Shown here: positions 20,966 to 31,360 of the stretch, piece by piece | How the letters are laid out: every line of letters starts with the position of its first letter | How positions within the stretch are numbered: position 1 is the stretch's first letter | The notes under the pieces: generated by a model | Told to the model about the DNA's origin: nothing | What the model saw: only the letters and a program-made list of their open reading frames with translations | The model's database searches: none | Translations under genes and position numbers: made by a program | Source of the DNA: Methanobacteriota archaeon | Lineage (GTDB): Archaea; JAADCQ01; Methanopyri; Methanopyrales; Methanopyraceae | DNA length: 64,000 bases | Reading direction: 5' to 3' | Assembly: GCA_027064425.1 (NCBI GenBank) | Contig: JAMOPO010000015.1 | Location: forward strand, 1-64,000

Positions 20966-22234
20966 GTGAACCCCGTGCCGATCGACCTTCGCCACGTCGA
21001 GGATGAGCGGTTCCAGCAGGCGGAGATGAACATCGGAATGGTCGGGCACGTGGACCACGGCAAGACAACGCTGACCCAGGCGCTGTCCGGCGTCTGGACG
21101 GACACGCACAGCGAGGAGACGCGGCGGGGTATCTCCATCCGGCTGGGCTACGCGGACACCGTGCTCACTCGGTGCCCGGAGTGCGGGACGTACTCCGTGG
21201 AGGAGAAGTGCCCCGAGTGCGGCGCCGAGACGGAGTGGCTCCGGCGGGTCTCGTTCGTCGACTCGCCGGGTCACGAGACGCTGATGGCGACGATGCTCTC
21301 CGGTGCCGCGATCATGGACGCGGCGATCCTGGTCATCGCGGCGAACGAGCCGTGCCCGCAGCCGCAGACCCGTGAGCACTTGATGGCGCTGGAGATCATC
21401 GGCACGCGGGACGTCATCGTCGTCCAGAACAAGATCGACCTCGTGACGCCCGAGGAGGCCCGGGAGCACTACGAGCAGATCGTGGAGTTCCTGGAGGAGG
21501 AGACCCACCTGGACCCGGACGAGACGCCGATCATCCCGATCTCTGCCCAGCACGGGGCGAACCTGGACGTCCTCGTCGAGGCCATGCACAAGTACTTCGA
21601 GCCACCCGAGCACGACACCAAGTCGCCGTTCCGGATGTACATCGCCCGGTCCTTCGACGTGAACAAGCCGGGCACGAGGCCCAAGGACCTGCAGGGCGGG
21701 GTCATTGGCGGCGCCATCGTGCAGGGAGAGGTGGAGGTGGGCGACGAGATCGAGATCCGCCCGGGCATGCGCGTGGAGCGGTACGGGCGCGAGGAGTGGG
21801 AGCCGATCTACACCGAGGTGGTCAGCCTGCACGCGAACGTGACCCCGGTGGAGCGGGCCCGGCCGGGCGGTCTGGTGGGCGTCGGGACCAAGCTGGACCC
21901 GTCGATGACCAAGGCTGACCGGCTGTCGGGCCAGGTCGCCGGCGAGCCGGACACGCTGCCCCCGGTCCGGGACGAGCTGCTTCTGGAGGTGGATCTGCTG
22001 GAGCGGGTGGTGGGCACGAAGGAGCAGAAAAAGGTCGAGCCGATCCGCACGAACGAGGTCCTGATGCTCACGGTGGGCACCGCCACGACGGTGGGCGTGG
22101 TCACGAGCGCACGGGACGACGAGATCGAGATCAAGCTCAAGCAGCCGGTCTGCGCCGAGGAGGGTGACCGGGTCGCGATCAGCCGGCGGATCCAGCGCTG
22201 GAGGCTCATCGGCCACGGCGTGATCAAAGGGTGA
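20966..22234 (+). CDS. eif2g: Translation initiation factor aIF-2 gamma
   Basis: [41 protein letters not shown]. Confidence 0.96.
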   Translation: MNPVPIDLRHVEDERFQQAEMNIGMVGHVDHGKTTLTQALSGVWTDTHSEETRRGISIRLGYADTVLTRCPECGTYSVEEKCPECGAETEWLRRVSFVDSPGHETLMATMLSGAAIMDAAILVIAANEPCPQPQTREHLMALEIIGTRDVIVVQNKIDLVTPEEAREHYEQIVEFLEEETHLDPDETPIIPISAQHGANLDVLVEAMHKYFEPPEHDTKSPFRMYIARSFDVNKPGTRPKDLQGGVIGGAIVQGEVEVGDEIEIRPGMRVERYGREEWEPIYTEVVSLHANVTPVERARPGGLVGVGTKLDPSMTKADRLSGQVAGEPDTLPPVRDELLLEVDLLERVVGTKEQKKVEPIRTNEVLMLTVGTATTVGVVTSARDDEIEIKLKQPVCAEEGDRVAISRRIQRWRLIGHGVIKG

Positions 22235-22240
22235 GGGGGC

Positions 22241-22645
22241 GTGCGGCCGCGGGTCATCGTCGACGCCAACTTCCTCATGATCCCGCACCAGGAAGGCGTG
22301 GACATCCTCTCAGAGCTCGATCGGCTCCTCGGCACGTACGTCCTCCTAGTCCCCGAGCAGGTCGTGGAAGAGGTCAAGCGGATCCGCCGGTGCGCCGGCG
22401 GGCGGGACCGGATCGCCGCCAACGTGGCCCTGCAGCTGCTCGAGCAGCCGAACGTGGAGGCGGAGATCGTCGAGGTGGAGGGGAGGGACGGGGACGAGGC
22501 TATCCTCAACCTGGCCCGCCAGCGCCGGGACGAGCGGATCTACGTGGCCACGCGGGACAAGGAGCTGAAGAAGCGGGTGCTGGAGCTCGGGGTGCCCGTG
22601 ATAACCCTCAGGCAGCGCACGCACCTGGTGATAGAGCGGGGATGA
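22241..22645 (+). CDS. PIN-domain protein (Fcf1/Utp24-like)
   Basis: IVDANFL, GDEAIL, VATRDKELK; conserved position after aIF2gamma. Confidence 0.88.
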   Translation: MRPRVIVDANFLMIPHQEGVDILSELDRLLGTYVLLVPEQVVEEVKRIRRCAGGRDRIAANVALQLLEQPNVEAEIVEVEGRDGDEAILNLARQRRDERIYVATRDKELKKRVLELGVPVITLRQRTHLVIERG

Positions 22646-22649
22646 CTCG

Positions 22650-23243
22650 TTGAACGAGGTGCCCCCCACCCCCGCCATCAGCGACGCGCTGGGCAAGCGC
22701 TACGCGCTCCCGGGCATTCGACACCTCGCCGGTCCCGTGCCCATCTGCGGTCGCGCGGTCACCGTCCGCGTAAAGGGGCCCGACTGGGGGATCGTCGTCG
22801 AGGCCATCGACGAGGCGGAGGAGGGCGACGTCCTGGTCATCGAGACTCGGGACCGTTACCGGGCCTACTGGGGCGGACTCTCCTCCCTCTCGGCCAAGCG
22901 CAAGGGGCTCGCGGGCACCGTCGTTGACGGCATGGTACGGGACCTGGACGACATACGAGAGCTGGGATACACCGTCTTCGGCCGCGGCGTGGTCCCCCGG
23001 GCCGGCACGCACCGCAGCTCCGGGGAGATCAACGTCCGGGTTTACATCTCCGGGATCGAGGTCAACCCCGGTGACGTTATAATTGGAGATGAGAGCGGGG
23101 CCGTGGTGGTACCGGAGGAGAAGTGGGACGACGTGCTGAACGCCGCCCGCGAGATCCTCGAGCTGGAGGACGCCATCCGCACCGACATCGCCTCCGGGCT
23201 CCCCTGGCGGAAGATACTCTCGAAGCGGCTGGGGGAGGGCTGA
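22650..23243 (+). CDS. RraA/HMG-aldolase-like protein
   Basis: ISDAL, GRAVTV, WGGL, VDGMVRD, PGDVIIGDESG. Confidence 0.85.
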   Translation: MNEVPPTPAISDALGKRYALPGIRHLAGPVPICGRAVTVRVKGPDWGIVVEAIDEAEEGDVLVIETRDRYRAYWGGLSSLSAKRKGLAGTVVDGMVRDLDDIRELGYTVFGRGVVPRAGTHRSSGEINVRVYISGIEVNPGDVIIGDESGAVVVPEEKWDDVLNAAREILELEDAIRTDIASGLPWRKILSKRLGEG

Positions 23244-23774
23244 ATGATCAACCTGTGGAAGGACCTGGAGCCCGGCCCCAACCCGCCGGACGTCGTGTAC
23301 GCGGTGATCGAGATCCCGCGCGGGTCGCGGAACAAGTACGAGTACGTCGAGGAGGAGGGCTACTTCAAGCTCGACCGGGTCCTGTACTCACCGTTTCACT
23401 ACCCGCTCGACTACGGTTTCATCCCGCGAACACTATACGATGACGGCGACCCGCTCGACATCCTCGTGATCATGCAGGACCCGACCTTCCCGGGCTGCGT
23501 GATTGAGGCCCGCCCCATCGGCCTGATGAAGATGATCGACAAGGGCGAGCAGGACGACAAGATCCTCGCCGTGCCCACCGAGGACCCGCGCTTCAAGGAC
23601 GTGAAGGACATCGACGACGTGCCCAAGCACCTGCTGGACGAGATCGCCCACATGTTCTCGGAGTACAAGACGCTGGAGGGTAAGGAGACCGAGGTGCAGG
23701 GCTGGGAGGGCGCCGACGCGGCGAAGGAGGCCATCGTTCACGCGATGGAAATGTACGAGGAGAAGCACGGGTGA
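23244..23774 (+). CDS. ppa: Inorganic pyrophosphatase
   Basis: [33 protein letters not shown]. Confidence 0.96.
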   Translation: MINLWKDLEPGPNPPDVVYAVIEIPRGSRNKYEYVEEEGYFKLDRVLYSPFHYPLDYGFIPRTLYDDGDPLDILVIMQDPTFPGCVIEARPIGLMKMIDKGEQDDKILAVPTEDPRFKDVKDIDDVPKHLLDEIAHMFSEYKTLEGKETEVQGWEGADAAKEAIVHAMEMYEEKHG

Positions 23775-24334
23775 CTCGCACCTTGTACGAGTTCGTCGAG
23801 CTCGAGACCACGGTCCGGATCCCGCCCTCCCACTTCACCTCCGACGTCGAGGAGGCCGTGCTCAAGGCCCTGGAGAACGACGTCGAGGGCAAGCTGTTCA
23901 AGGAGGACGACTCCGGCGAGCCCGTCGGCTTCGTGGTGCTCGTGGACGAGATCCTGGACATCGAGCACGAGGGCGTGTTCCCCGGTGACGGCGCCGCGTA
24001 CCACCGCGTCCGCTTCCGCGCCCTCGTCTTCCGCCCCGAGGAGCGCGAGGTGACGGTCGGCGAGGTCACGCGGGTCAAGGAGTACGGCGCCTTCGTCCGG
24101 CTCGGACCCCTGGACGGCCTCCTCCACGTGTCCCAGATCCTGGACGAGTACATGTACTACGACGGGGCCCGGGAGGCACTGGTGGGCGAGGAGACCGGGC
24201 GCGAGCTCAAGAAGGGCGACATCATCAAGGTCATGATCATCGGAGTCAGCCTGAACGAGGAGCGCCCGCGCGAGTCCAAGATCGCCCTGACCGTGAAGAA
24301 GCCCGGACTCGGCAAGCCCGAGTGGTGGGAGTGA
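23771..24334 (+). CDS. rpoE1: RNA polymerase subunit E' (Rpo7)
   Basis: [37 protein letters not shown]. Confidence 0.94.
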   Translation: MTRTLYEFVELETTVRIPPSHFTSDVEEAVLKALENDVEGKLFKEDDSGEPVGFVVLVDEILDIEHEGVFPGDGAAYHRVRFRALVFRPEEREVTVGEVTRVKEYGAFVRLGPLDGLLHVSQILDEYMYYDGAREALVGEETGRELKKGDIIKVMIIGVSLNEERPRESKIALTVKKPGLGKPEWWE

Positions 24335-24340
24335 GGACCC

Positions 24341-24541
24341 TTGAGCGACGGCAAGCTCAAGGCCTGCCTGCGGTGCGGCTACCTGGTCGACGAGGACACC
24401 GAGATCTGCCCCGCGTGCCACAGCGACGAGTTCACCGAGAACTGGAAGGGCCTCGCCATCGTCCTCGACACCGACTCGAAGACCGCGAAGAAGCTTGACG
24501 CTAAGATCCCCGGCAAGTACGCCCTGCGCGTGGAGGAGTGA
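24341..24541 (+). CDS. spt4: Transcription elongation factor Spt4 (RpoE'')
   Basis: ACLRC..CPACHS..WKGL..PGKYALRV. Confidence 0.93.
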   Translation: MSDGKLKACLRCGYLVDEDTEICPACHSDEFTENWKGLAIVLDTDSKTAKKLDAKIPGKYALRVEE

Positions 24542-24547
24542 CCGCCG

Positions 24548-25129
24548 GTGAAGCCCCTAACCCTGCCCCGGAGACTTCGACCCGAGCTCCGGAAGCCCTG
24601 GGGCCCCGTCTACCCCTCCCCCTCCGAGTTCACGTACCGGAGGATAAGGGAGCGGGCCGAGCTGCTGGTCACCGTGGGCGACGTCACCACCCGCTCGTTC
24701 ACGCGGGCCAGCGCGCGCCCCGACGTCGCAATCGTCGACGGAAAGGTCATGAGGACCGTTCCCGCCGGGCACGCCGACAAGTTCCCCATCACCCTCGAGG
24801 CCCACAACCCTCCCGGCACCATCACGCCGCAGGCCTGGAAGACCGTCGAGCGGGCTCTCGACCACGCCATCAACGGCGACCCCGTCCTCGTCCAGATCAG
24901 GGGAGAGGAGGACCTGCTGGCGCTCCCGGCGATGGCCCTCTCTCCCGAAAACTCGATAGTATGCTACGGGCTGCCGGGCGAGGGTATGGTCACCGTTCGA
25001 GTCACCCCGCGCATCCAGGAGCGAGCGCTCAGCACTCTCAGGAGGTTTAGGGGGTCCGAGGCGTGGAGATCGAGATTGTCGAGGAGCGGGATAACCCACT
25101 CCTGTTCCGGAAGGAGATCAAGTTCGTAG
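24548..25129 (+). CDS. GTP-dependent dephospho-CoA kinase (DUF359)
   Basis: LRKPWG, TVGDVTT, IVDGK, NPPGTIT, GEEDLLALP, YGLPGEG. Confidence 0.88.
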   Translation: MKPLTLPRRLRPELRKPWGPVYPSPSEFTYRRIRERAELLVTVGDVTTRSFTRASARPDVAIVDGKVMRTVPAGHADKFPITLEAHNPPGTITPQAWKTVERALDHAINGDPVLVQIRGEEDLLALPAMALSPENSIVCYGLPGEGMVTVRVTPRIQERALSTLRRFRGSEAWRSRLSRSGITHSCSGRRSSS

Positions 25130-25401
25130 TCCGGCACGAGGACGGGGGCACGCCGAGGCGCTCCGAGGTGCTGAAGAAGCTCGCGGCGATGCTGGACGTG
25201 GACAAGGAGGTCGTGCTGATCCACAAGATGGAGTCGGAGTTCGGTAAGCGAGAGACCCGCGGCTACGCGAAGGTTTACCGGAGCTACGAGGATCTCAAGG
25301 ACATCGAGCCGGACTACCTCATCGAGAGGCATAAAAGGACCCTAGAGGAGATCGAGGAGGAGTCGGAGGAGTCCGAGGAGAAGGAGGAAGAGGAGGGGTA
25401 G
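25063..25401 (+). CDS. rps24e: 30S ribosomal protein S24e
   Basis: NPLLFRKEI, TPRR, FGKRETRGYAKVY. Confidence 0.95.
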   Translation: MEIEIVEERDNPLLFRKEIKFVVRHEDGGTPRRSEVLKKLAAMLDVDKEVVLIHKMESEFGKRETRGYAKVYRSYEDLKDIEPDYLIERHKRTLEEIEEESEESEEKEEEEG

Positions 25402-25415
25402 GGGGTTGAGCCCGT

Positions 25416-25601
25416 ATGGGCATCCCGCGCAAGGCTCGGCTGTACGAGGTCAAGGACGGTAAGGTGGAGCGAAAGAACCCGTTCTGCCCACGGTGCGGTC
25501 CGGGAGTCTTCATGGCCGACCACGGCAACCGGTACGCGTGCGGCAAGTGCGGGTACACGGAGTTCAAGGAGCAGCCGGAGTCCAAAAAGAAGGAGGAGTA
25601 G
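25416..25601 (+). CDS. rps27ae: 30S ribosomal protein S27ae
   Basis: [23 protein letters not shown]. Confidence 0.95.
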   Translation: MGIPRKARLYEVKDGKVERKNPFCPRCGPGVFMADHGNRYACGKCGYTEFKEQPESKKKEE

Positions 25602-25625
25602 CACGGTCGGCTCAGGGCGAGGTCG

Positions 25626-26291
25626 TTGAAGGTTCCCCGGGACCGCGTCCCGGACGAGCTACGCCCCCTGCTTGACCGGGGCGAGGTGCTCGCGCTGGGA
25701 GCGGAGTCCCTCCTTATCAAGCACGAGTGGCTCGGCCTCCCCGCCGTCTACAAGATCCGCCTCTCCAAGCCCTACCGTCACCCGCGGCTGGACGATCGGC
25801 TCCGACGCGCCCGCACGCGCCGTGAGGCTCGCTCCTTATCCCGGCTGCCTGAGTGGGGCGTCCCCACGCCGACCCTGTACGAGGTTGACGTCGACCTCGG
25901 CCTGATTGTGATGGAGTACTTGCCGGGCGAGACCCTGCGCGAGGTGACCGAGGAGAGGTTCCGGGCTTCCCTGTTCGAGGAGCTGGGACGGTTGGTAGGC
26001 CGGATGCACGAGCACGGGTTCGTGCACTACGACCTGACCACCTCCAACGTCCTGGTCGTCGACGGGCGCCTGTACGTCATCGACTTGGGCCTCAGCGACG
26101 ACTCCACCGACCTGGAGGACCACGCGATCGACCTGCGCGTGTTCGAGCGATGCTTGGAGAGCACCCATCCGGACGTCATGGAGGAGGCCTGGGAGGCGTT
26201 CGTTCGCGGGTACCGGGAGGAGCGCGGGGAAACCACTGACCAGGTGCTGAAGCAGCTGGAGGACGTGAAGAGCCGCGTCCGCTACATCTAG
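25626..26291 (+). CDS. bud32: KEOPS kinase Bud32
   Basis: GAES, KIRLSKPYRHP.LD, HYDLTTSN, IDLGL, C-terminal RVRY. Confidence 0.92.
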   Translation: MKVPRDRVPDELRPLLDRGEVLALGAESLLIKHEWLGLPAVYKIRLSKPYRHPRLDDRLRRARTRREARSLSRLPEWGVPTPTLYEVDVDLGLIVMEYLPGETLREVTEERFRASLFEELGRLVGRMHEHGFVHYDLTTSNVLVVDGRLYVIDLGLSDDSTDLEDHAIDLRVFERCLESTHPDVMEEAWEAFVRGYREERGETTDQVLKQLEDVKSRVRYI

Positions 26292-27148
26292 CTCCGCGCT
26301 ACGACCACGCCGCGCCGGACCTCGATCTCGCCCTCTTCCTCCAGCTTCTTGAGGGCGATGTAGGTCACGTCGTAGGGCACCCCGAACTGCGCGAACAGGA
26401 ACTCGTAAACCTCGTCCTCCGGCACCTTCTCCCGGTTCTGCAGCCAGACCAGCAGGGCTCCGAGGACCTCGGAGAGTCGCTCGGGAACGTGGAGGAACTC
26501 CCCATCGTCCGTCACCTCCACCTCCTCGCTCGCGGTCACGGCGTACAGGACCTCGGCCAACCCCTCGCCGGAGTACCCCTGCCACCTCAGGCGCATCACG
26601 AGGTCCCTCCAGTCCAGGCTGACCTCACGCTTCACGACCCTGACCACGTCCTCCACAGTCACCCTCCGATCACCAACCAGCAGCCTCTCCGCCGGCCCCA
26701 CCTCCGGCCACTCGGGCACGCTCCCCAGCTCGACCTCGAAGAACAGCTCGGTGGCGGACTGCCATCTCACCTCCATGGGATCCTCCACGAGCTCCAGGGG
26801 CAGCGCGCTCCACTCGGACACGGTCACGTCGACACCGTAGTGCTCGCAGAACGCCGTGACCGAGAGCAGCTCGGTGCCGGGCTCGCGGGGCAGAACGATC
26901 AGGGCGGGCAGCCCCAGGATCTCGGCATCCTTGACGACCTCCGCCAGCCCCTCCTCCCACTCACCCAGCGGTGAGATCCGGGCCAGGTCCCCGGGCCCGC
27001 CGACGCAGAGGACCGCGAGCGATGCGTCCCCGTCGCACGCGACGAAGTCGAGCCGGTACTCCTCCCCCAGCGGCTCAACGTGATAACCCAGCTCCCGGAA
27101 GATCCGCATGCAGTCGCGTCGGAACAGGGACACCTTAAAGCCGGCCAT
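26288..27148 (-). CDS. Hypothetical protein: degenerate PD-(D/E)xK-like N-terminus and C-terminal winged helix
   Basis: FRELGYHVE...RLDFVA....LAVLC resembles a restriction-endonuclease core without ExK; C-terminal ALKKLEEEGEIEVRRG is wHTH-like; acidic composition like real genes here. Confidence 0.6.
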   Translation of the reverse strand: MAGFKVSLFRRDCMRIFRELGYHVEPLGEEYRLDFVACDGDASLAVLCVGGPGDLARISPLGEWEEGLAEVVKDAEILGLPALIVLPREPGTELLSVTAFCEHYGVDVTVSEWSALPLELVEDPMEVRWQSATELFFEVELGSVPEWPEVGPAERLLVGDRRVTVEDVVRVVKREVSLDWRDLVMRLRWQGYSGEGLAEVLYAVTASEEVEVTDDGEFLHVPERLSEVLGALLVWLQNREKVPEDEVYEFLFAQFGVPYDVTYIALKKLEEEGEIEVRRGVVVARS

Positions 27149-27179
27149 GGCCTACTCCCCGCCGGGGACGACTCCGACC

Positions 27180-28199
27180 ATGGGATTGATTTGCGTAGGT
27201 ATAGAGTCTACGGCTGAAAAACTCGGAGTGGGCGTGGTAACCGAGGAAGGCGAGGTCCTGGCGAACGAGAAGGCGCAGTACACGCCCCCTCCAGGATCCG
27301 GTATCCTCCCGCGCGAGGCGGCGGAGCACCACTCACGCGAGCTCCCGGACCTGCTCCAAAGGGCCCTGGATAAGGCCGGGGTGGAGCCGGAAGAGATCGA
27401 CCTGGTGGCCTACTCCCAGGGTCCCGGCCTGGGGCCCTGCCTCCGGGTCGGCGCCACCGCGGCCCGTACCCTCGCCCTGGCCCTGGAGGTCCCGCTGGCC
27501 CCCGTGAACCATTGCGTCGCTCACGTCGAGATCGGCAAGCTCACCGCCCGGAAGGAAGGACTCGAGTTTGAGAACCCCGTCACCCTGTACGTCTCCGGCG
27601 GGAACACGCAGGTCATCGCCCTCAAGTCCGGTCGCTACCGGGTGTTCGGCGAGACCCTGGACCTGCCGGTCGGCAACATGATCGACACCTTCGCCCGCGA
27701 GGTCGGCCTACCGCACCCCGGCGGTCCCGAGGTCGAGCGGCTCGCGAGGAAGGGCGAGCCGATCGAGCTCCCGTACGCCGTGCGCGGGACCGACGTGTCG
27801 TTCTCCGGCCTCCTCACCGCGGCGCTGCGCGCTTACGAGGAGGGCGAGCGGCTCGAGGATGTCTGCGCCGGGATCCAGGAGACGGCGTTCTCAATGCTCA
27901 CTGAGGTGACCGAGCGGGCCGCCGCTCAGCTCGGCAGCGACGAGATCCTGCTCACGGGCGGCGTGGCCGCTAACCAGCGCCTCTCCGAGATGATCCATGA
28001 GATGGCCGAGGAGCGGGGCGCCGAGGCCCACACGGTCCCGTCGGACCTGGCCGGCGACAACGGGGCGATGATCGCCTGGACGGGCATCCTGATGCATAAG
28101 CACGGCCTCTCGATACCGCCCGAGGAGATCCCGAAGAAAGCCACCGTGCGGCAGCGGTACCGGGTGGACGAGGCCCCGGTGCCATGGGGCAAGGGGTGA
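27180..28199 (+). CDS. kae1: tRNA t6A synthase Kae1
   Basis: GIESTA, GPGLGPCL, NHCVAHVE, YVSGGNT, GGVAAN, DNGAMIA; start ATG 27180. Confidence 0.95.
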   Translation: MGLICVGIESTAEKLGVGVVTEEGEVLANEKAQYTPPPGSGILPREAAEHHSRELPDLLQRALDKAGVEPEEIDLVAYSQGPGLGPCLRVGATAARTLALALEVPLAPVNHCVAHVEIGKLTARKEGLEFENPVTLYVSGGNTQVIALKSGRYRVFGETLDLPVGNMIDTFAREVGLPHPGGPEVERLARKGEPIELPYAVRGTDVSFSGLLTAALRAYEEGERLEDVCAGIQETAFSMLTEVTERAAAQLGSDEILLTGGVAANQRLSEMIHEMAEERGAEAHTVPSDLAGDNGAMIAWTGILMHKHGLSIPPEEIPKKATVRQRYRVDEAPVPWGKG

Positions 28200-29045
28200 A
28201 TGGCCCTTCGCTACAAGTGCCTCAAGTTCACCCTCGAGTGCGTCGACCCGGGCCCCGTCCCTGAGTTCAAGGGCTTCTCCGTCCGAGGAATGATCCTCAA
28301 GCGGCTCCGGGAGGGGAACCCGGAAGCGATCGACCGGTACATCTACGGTGGGCCGGGCGGGGCCACGTTCCCGTCCGGGGTGACCCTGACCCCGCCCCTA
28401 GCCCGGAGCGAGTTCGTGCACGAGGGCGACGAGCTCTCCTTCCACCTGCACCTGTTCGAGGACGCGGCCGAGGCGGACGTGGAGTTCATCTTCCCGCTCG
28501 CAGAGTCCGAGCTGCGGGTCGGAGCCGCGAGGTTCCGGCTGGTTAGGGTGGAGGAGGCGGGCTCCGGCAAGGTCGTGTACGACGGGGAGCGCTACCGGTA
28601 CGTGCGGCCGGGGCGGCTCGAGCCGCTCGAGCTCGAGGGCGACTTCGTCGTCGTGTCCACGCTCACGCCCACGTACCTGGTGTACGACGGGCGGGCCCGC
28701 GTCCCGAGGTTCCACATGATCGTCAGGAACGCGGCCCGGCGGTTCACCATGCTCCGCCGCAGGTTCGGCAAGCAGGGGCTGACCAGGGAGGAGGCCCGCG
28801 AGCTGATCCGGTGGGCGGAGGAGGCCGAGACGGTGGCCATGAGCTACCGGTTGAAGACGCTCCGCCGCCGGTCCTCCCGGATCGGTCGTCAGGAGTTCAG
28901 GGCGGTGGTCGGAACGTTCGTGTACGAGCTGCCGCCCGATCCTCCGGACGCCGCGGGCGAGGTTTTATCCTTCGCGGCGGCGTACGGGGTGGGTAAGATG
29001 AACACGGCCGGCCTGGGCCGGATCAGCATCTCGCACCACCCCTGA
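28200..29045 (+). CDS. cas6: Cas6-like RAMP endoribonuclease, orphan
   Basis: C-terminal G-rich loop YGVGKMNTAGLGRI, N-terminal GFSVRG, internal TLTPT; no array or other cas gene in the window. Confidence 0.72.
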   Translation: MALRYKCLKFTLECVDPGPVPEFKGFSVRGMILKRLREGNPEAIDRYIYGGPGGATFPSGVTLTPPLARSEFVHEGDELSFHLHLFEDAAEADVEFIFPLAESELRVGAARFRLVRVEEAGSGKVVYDGERYRYVRPGRLEPLELEGDFVVVSTLTPTYLVYDGRARVPRFHMIVRNAARRFTMLRRRFGKQGLTREEARELIRWAEEAETVAMSYRLKTLRRRSSRIGRQEFRAVVGTFVYELPPDPPDAAGEVLSFAAAYGVGKMNTAGLGRISISHHP

Positions 29046-29056
29046 GGGGGACCGCG

Positions 29057-30637
29057 ATGAGACTGGAACTGGAGGCGGACGTGGAGTTCGCCCTCTCGCG
29101 CGAGGTCGAGCCGGAGGACATCGAGGAGACCGTGGAGGAGTTCGTGCGGGAGGCCAACGACGATCTGCTGCAGCGGGGCGTCCCGGAGGGGAAGGAGGGT
29201 GGTGAGATCCGGGAGTGGGAGGTGTCGAGGGACGCGGTCAGGATGGTGATTCGGGGGACCCGGTACCTCCGCCCGCACGAGGCGGCCATGCGGGTCCGGA
29301 AGCGGCTGGCGGAGACGCTGGGTCGTAAGCACCGGGTCGGCGTCCGGGATCTGCGCATCGAGCGCTACCTGGTCCGGATGGAGTTCGACGAGGAGGTGCC
29401 GGACGATCTCGGGTACATCCCGGTGGCGGACGAGGTCCGGGTGGACGGGAGCACGGTCGAGCTCGAGTTCCGGGAGCTGGAGGAGGATCTGCTGAGGCGG
29501 CACGTGGTGGACCGGGTGATCCGGCTGGTGAGGTGGGCGGTCGAGGTTGGAGAGGAGCTGCCGGAGCGGGTGACGAAGCTGGAGCCGGGCACGGTGGTGG
29601 ACGAGAGCGGGCCGCGGGAGATCCTGTTCGAGGGGGACGTGACCGAGGAGGCTAAGCGCCGGGGTTGGGTCAAGGAGTTCCCGGGCCGTGGCCAGTGGAT
29701 CTACTCGCCGCCGATGGCCGCGCTGCTGGAGGCGCTTCGGGACTTCTTCCTGGAGAACGTGACGCGCAAGCTGGGCTTCGAGCCGGCGCTGTTCCCCAAG
29801 CTGGTCCCGCTGGAGGTCATGTTCCGGATGCGCTATCTGCACGGCCTGCCGGACGGCATGTACTACGTTTGCCCGCCCAAGCGCGATCCCGAGCTGTTCG
29901 ACGACTTCAAGCGCGAGCTCTACGTGTGGAACGAGCTGAACGAGGAGACGCTGAGCTCGCTGAAGGAGAAGCTCCGTGACCCGGGCTTCGTGCTCGCGCC
30001 CGCCCAGTGCGAGGCCTTTTACGAGCTGCTCCGCGGCGAGGTGCTGGACGCCGACGAGCTGCCGATCAAGCTCTACGACTGCAGCGGCTGGACGTACCGG
30101 TGGGAGGGTGGGGCCGCGAAGGGTCTGGAGCGTGTGAACGAGTTCCAGCGGATCGAGCACGTGTGGATCGCGGAGCCGGAGGACGCCGAGGAGATCCGGG
30201 AGGAGCTGCTGGAGGCGACGAAGCGGGCGGCCGACGAGCTGGAGCTGGAGTGGAGGGTGGTGGTCTCGGACGACCCGTTCTACCTGGAGGGACGGCTCCT
30301 GGAGGATCGGGACATCGAGCTGCCGGACGTGCCGACGTACGAGTTCGAGGTGTACCTCCCGTTCAAGGGTGACCGGGACTCGGAGGATGCCTGGGTGTCG
30401 GTCGGCTCGTTCAACGTGCACGGGGAGCACTTCGTGGACGGGTTCGGGATCAAGGAGCGCTCAGACCGGACCCTGTTCACGGGGTGCGCCGGACTCGGGC
30501 TCACACGGTGGATGGTCGGCCTCCTGGCGCAGAAGGGGTTCGAGATCGAGAACTGGCCGGAGCCGATCGTGAAGCGGATCGAGGAGCGGTTCGGCGGCCT
30601 ACCCGAGGTGCCGAAGACGGTGACGTGGCCCGACTAG
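29057..30637 (+). CDS. serS: Seryl-tRNA synthetase, methanogen (type 2) form
   Basis: RPHEAAMRVRK, APAQCE, GWTYRWEGG..GLERVNEFQRIE, TGCAGLG. Confidence 0.95.
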   Translation: MRLELEADVEFALSREVEPEDIEETVEEFVREANDDLLQRGVPEGKEGGEIREWEVSRDAVRMVIRGTRYLRPHEAAMRVRKRLAETLGRKHRVGVRDLRIERYLVRMEFDEEVPDDLGYIPVADEVRVDGSTVELEFRELEEDLLRRHVVDRVIRLVRWAVEVGEELPERVTKLEPGTVVDESGPREILFEGDVTEEAKRRGWVKEFPGRGQWIYSPPMAALLEALRDFFLENVTRKLGFEPALFPKLVPLEVMFRMRYLHGLPDGMYYVCPPKRDPELFDDFKRELYVWNELNEETLSSLKEKLRDPGFVLAPAQCEAFYELLRGEVLDADELPIKLYDCSGWTYRWEGGAAKGLERVNEFQRIEHVWIAEPEDAEEIREELLEATKRAADELELEWRVVVSDDPFYLEGRLLEDRDIELPDVPTYEFEVYLPFKGDRDSEDAWVSVGSFNVHGEHFVDGFGIKERSDRTLFTGCAGLGLTRWMVGLLAQKGFEIENWPEPIVKRIEERFGGLPEVPKTVTWPD

Positions 30638-30688
30638 CTCCCGAGCCTTTTTTGAACGGTGGCGCCCGGCCGGCCGGGGGGTGCCGGC

Positions 30689-31324
30689 ATGGTCCGGGAC
30701 AAGTGGAAGCAGAAGAAGTGGTACACGATCCTCGCGCCGCAGATGTTCGACCGGGTCGAGGTGGGCGAGACGCCCGCGGACGACCCGAAGAAGGTCATCA
30801 ATCGGGTCCTGGAGACCACCCTCGGCGACGTGCTGGACGACATCACCAAGCACCACATCAAGGTGTTCTTCAGGATCTACGACGTGGAGGGCACGACCGC
30901 CTACTCCAAGTTCGAAGGGCACCGGCTCATGCGAGACTACGTGCGGAGCCTGGTCCGGCGTGGCACGAGCCGGATCGACGGCGTGATCGACGTGGTGACC
31001 AAGGACGGGTACCGCGTCCGCGTGGCCGGCCTGGCGTTCACGACGAGGCGCGCGAAGACCTCGCAGCAGCGCGCCATCCGCAAGGAGATGTTCCGCGTGA
31101 TCGAGGAGAACGCTAAGGAGTGCAACTTCGACGAGTTCATCAAGCGGTGCCTGGACCTCAGCGAGGAGAAGAGCATCCCGGAGCAGATCAAGGAGGCCGC
31201 CTGGAAGATCTACCCGATCCGTCAGGTCGAGATCCGCAAGACCGAGGTGCTGGAGGAGCCCTCGGGACTGGCCCCGCACGAGGCCGTCGGGGACCGCGCC
31301 GACCCAGAGCTCTCCAGCTACTAA
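30689..31324 (+). CDS. rps3ae: 30S ribosomal protein S3Ae
   Basis: DKWKQKKWY.I.AP, RDYVRSLVRR, KIYPIRQVEIRK; start ATG 30689. Confidence 0.95.
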   Translation: MVRDKWKQKKWYTILAPQMFDRVEVGETPADDPKKVINRVLETTLGDVLDDITKHHIKVFFRIYDVEGTTAYSKFEGHRLMRDYVRSLVRRGTSRIDGVIDVVTKDGYRVRVAGLAFTTRRAKTSQQRAIRKEMFRVIEENAKECNFDEFIKRCLDLSEEKSIPEQIKEAAWKIYPIRQVEIRKTEVLEEPSGLAPHEAVGDRADPELSSY

Positions 31325-31360
31325 GCCCCGCCCGGCACCCACCCTCCGGGCGCGGGCCGG

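Noticed and set aside
30661-30688. GC hairpin covering the rps3ae SD (possible thermometer or attenuator)
   Set aside because: The likely TATA at about 30648-56 puts the TSS near 30680, so the 5' arm would not be transcribed.
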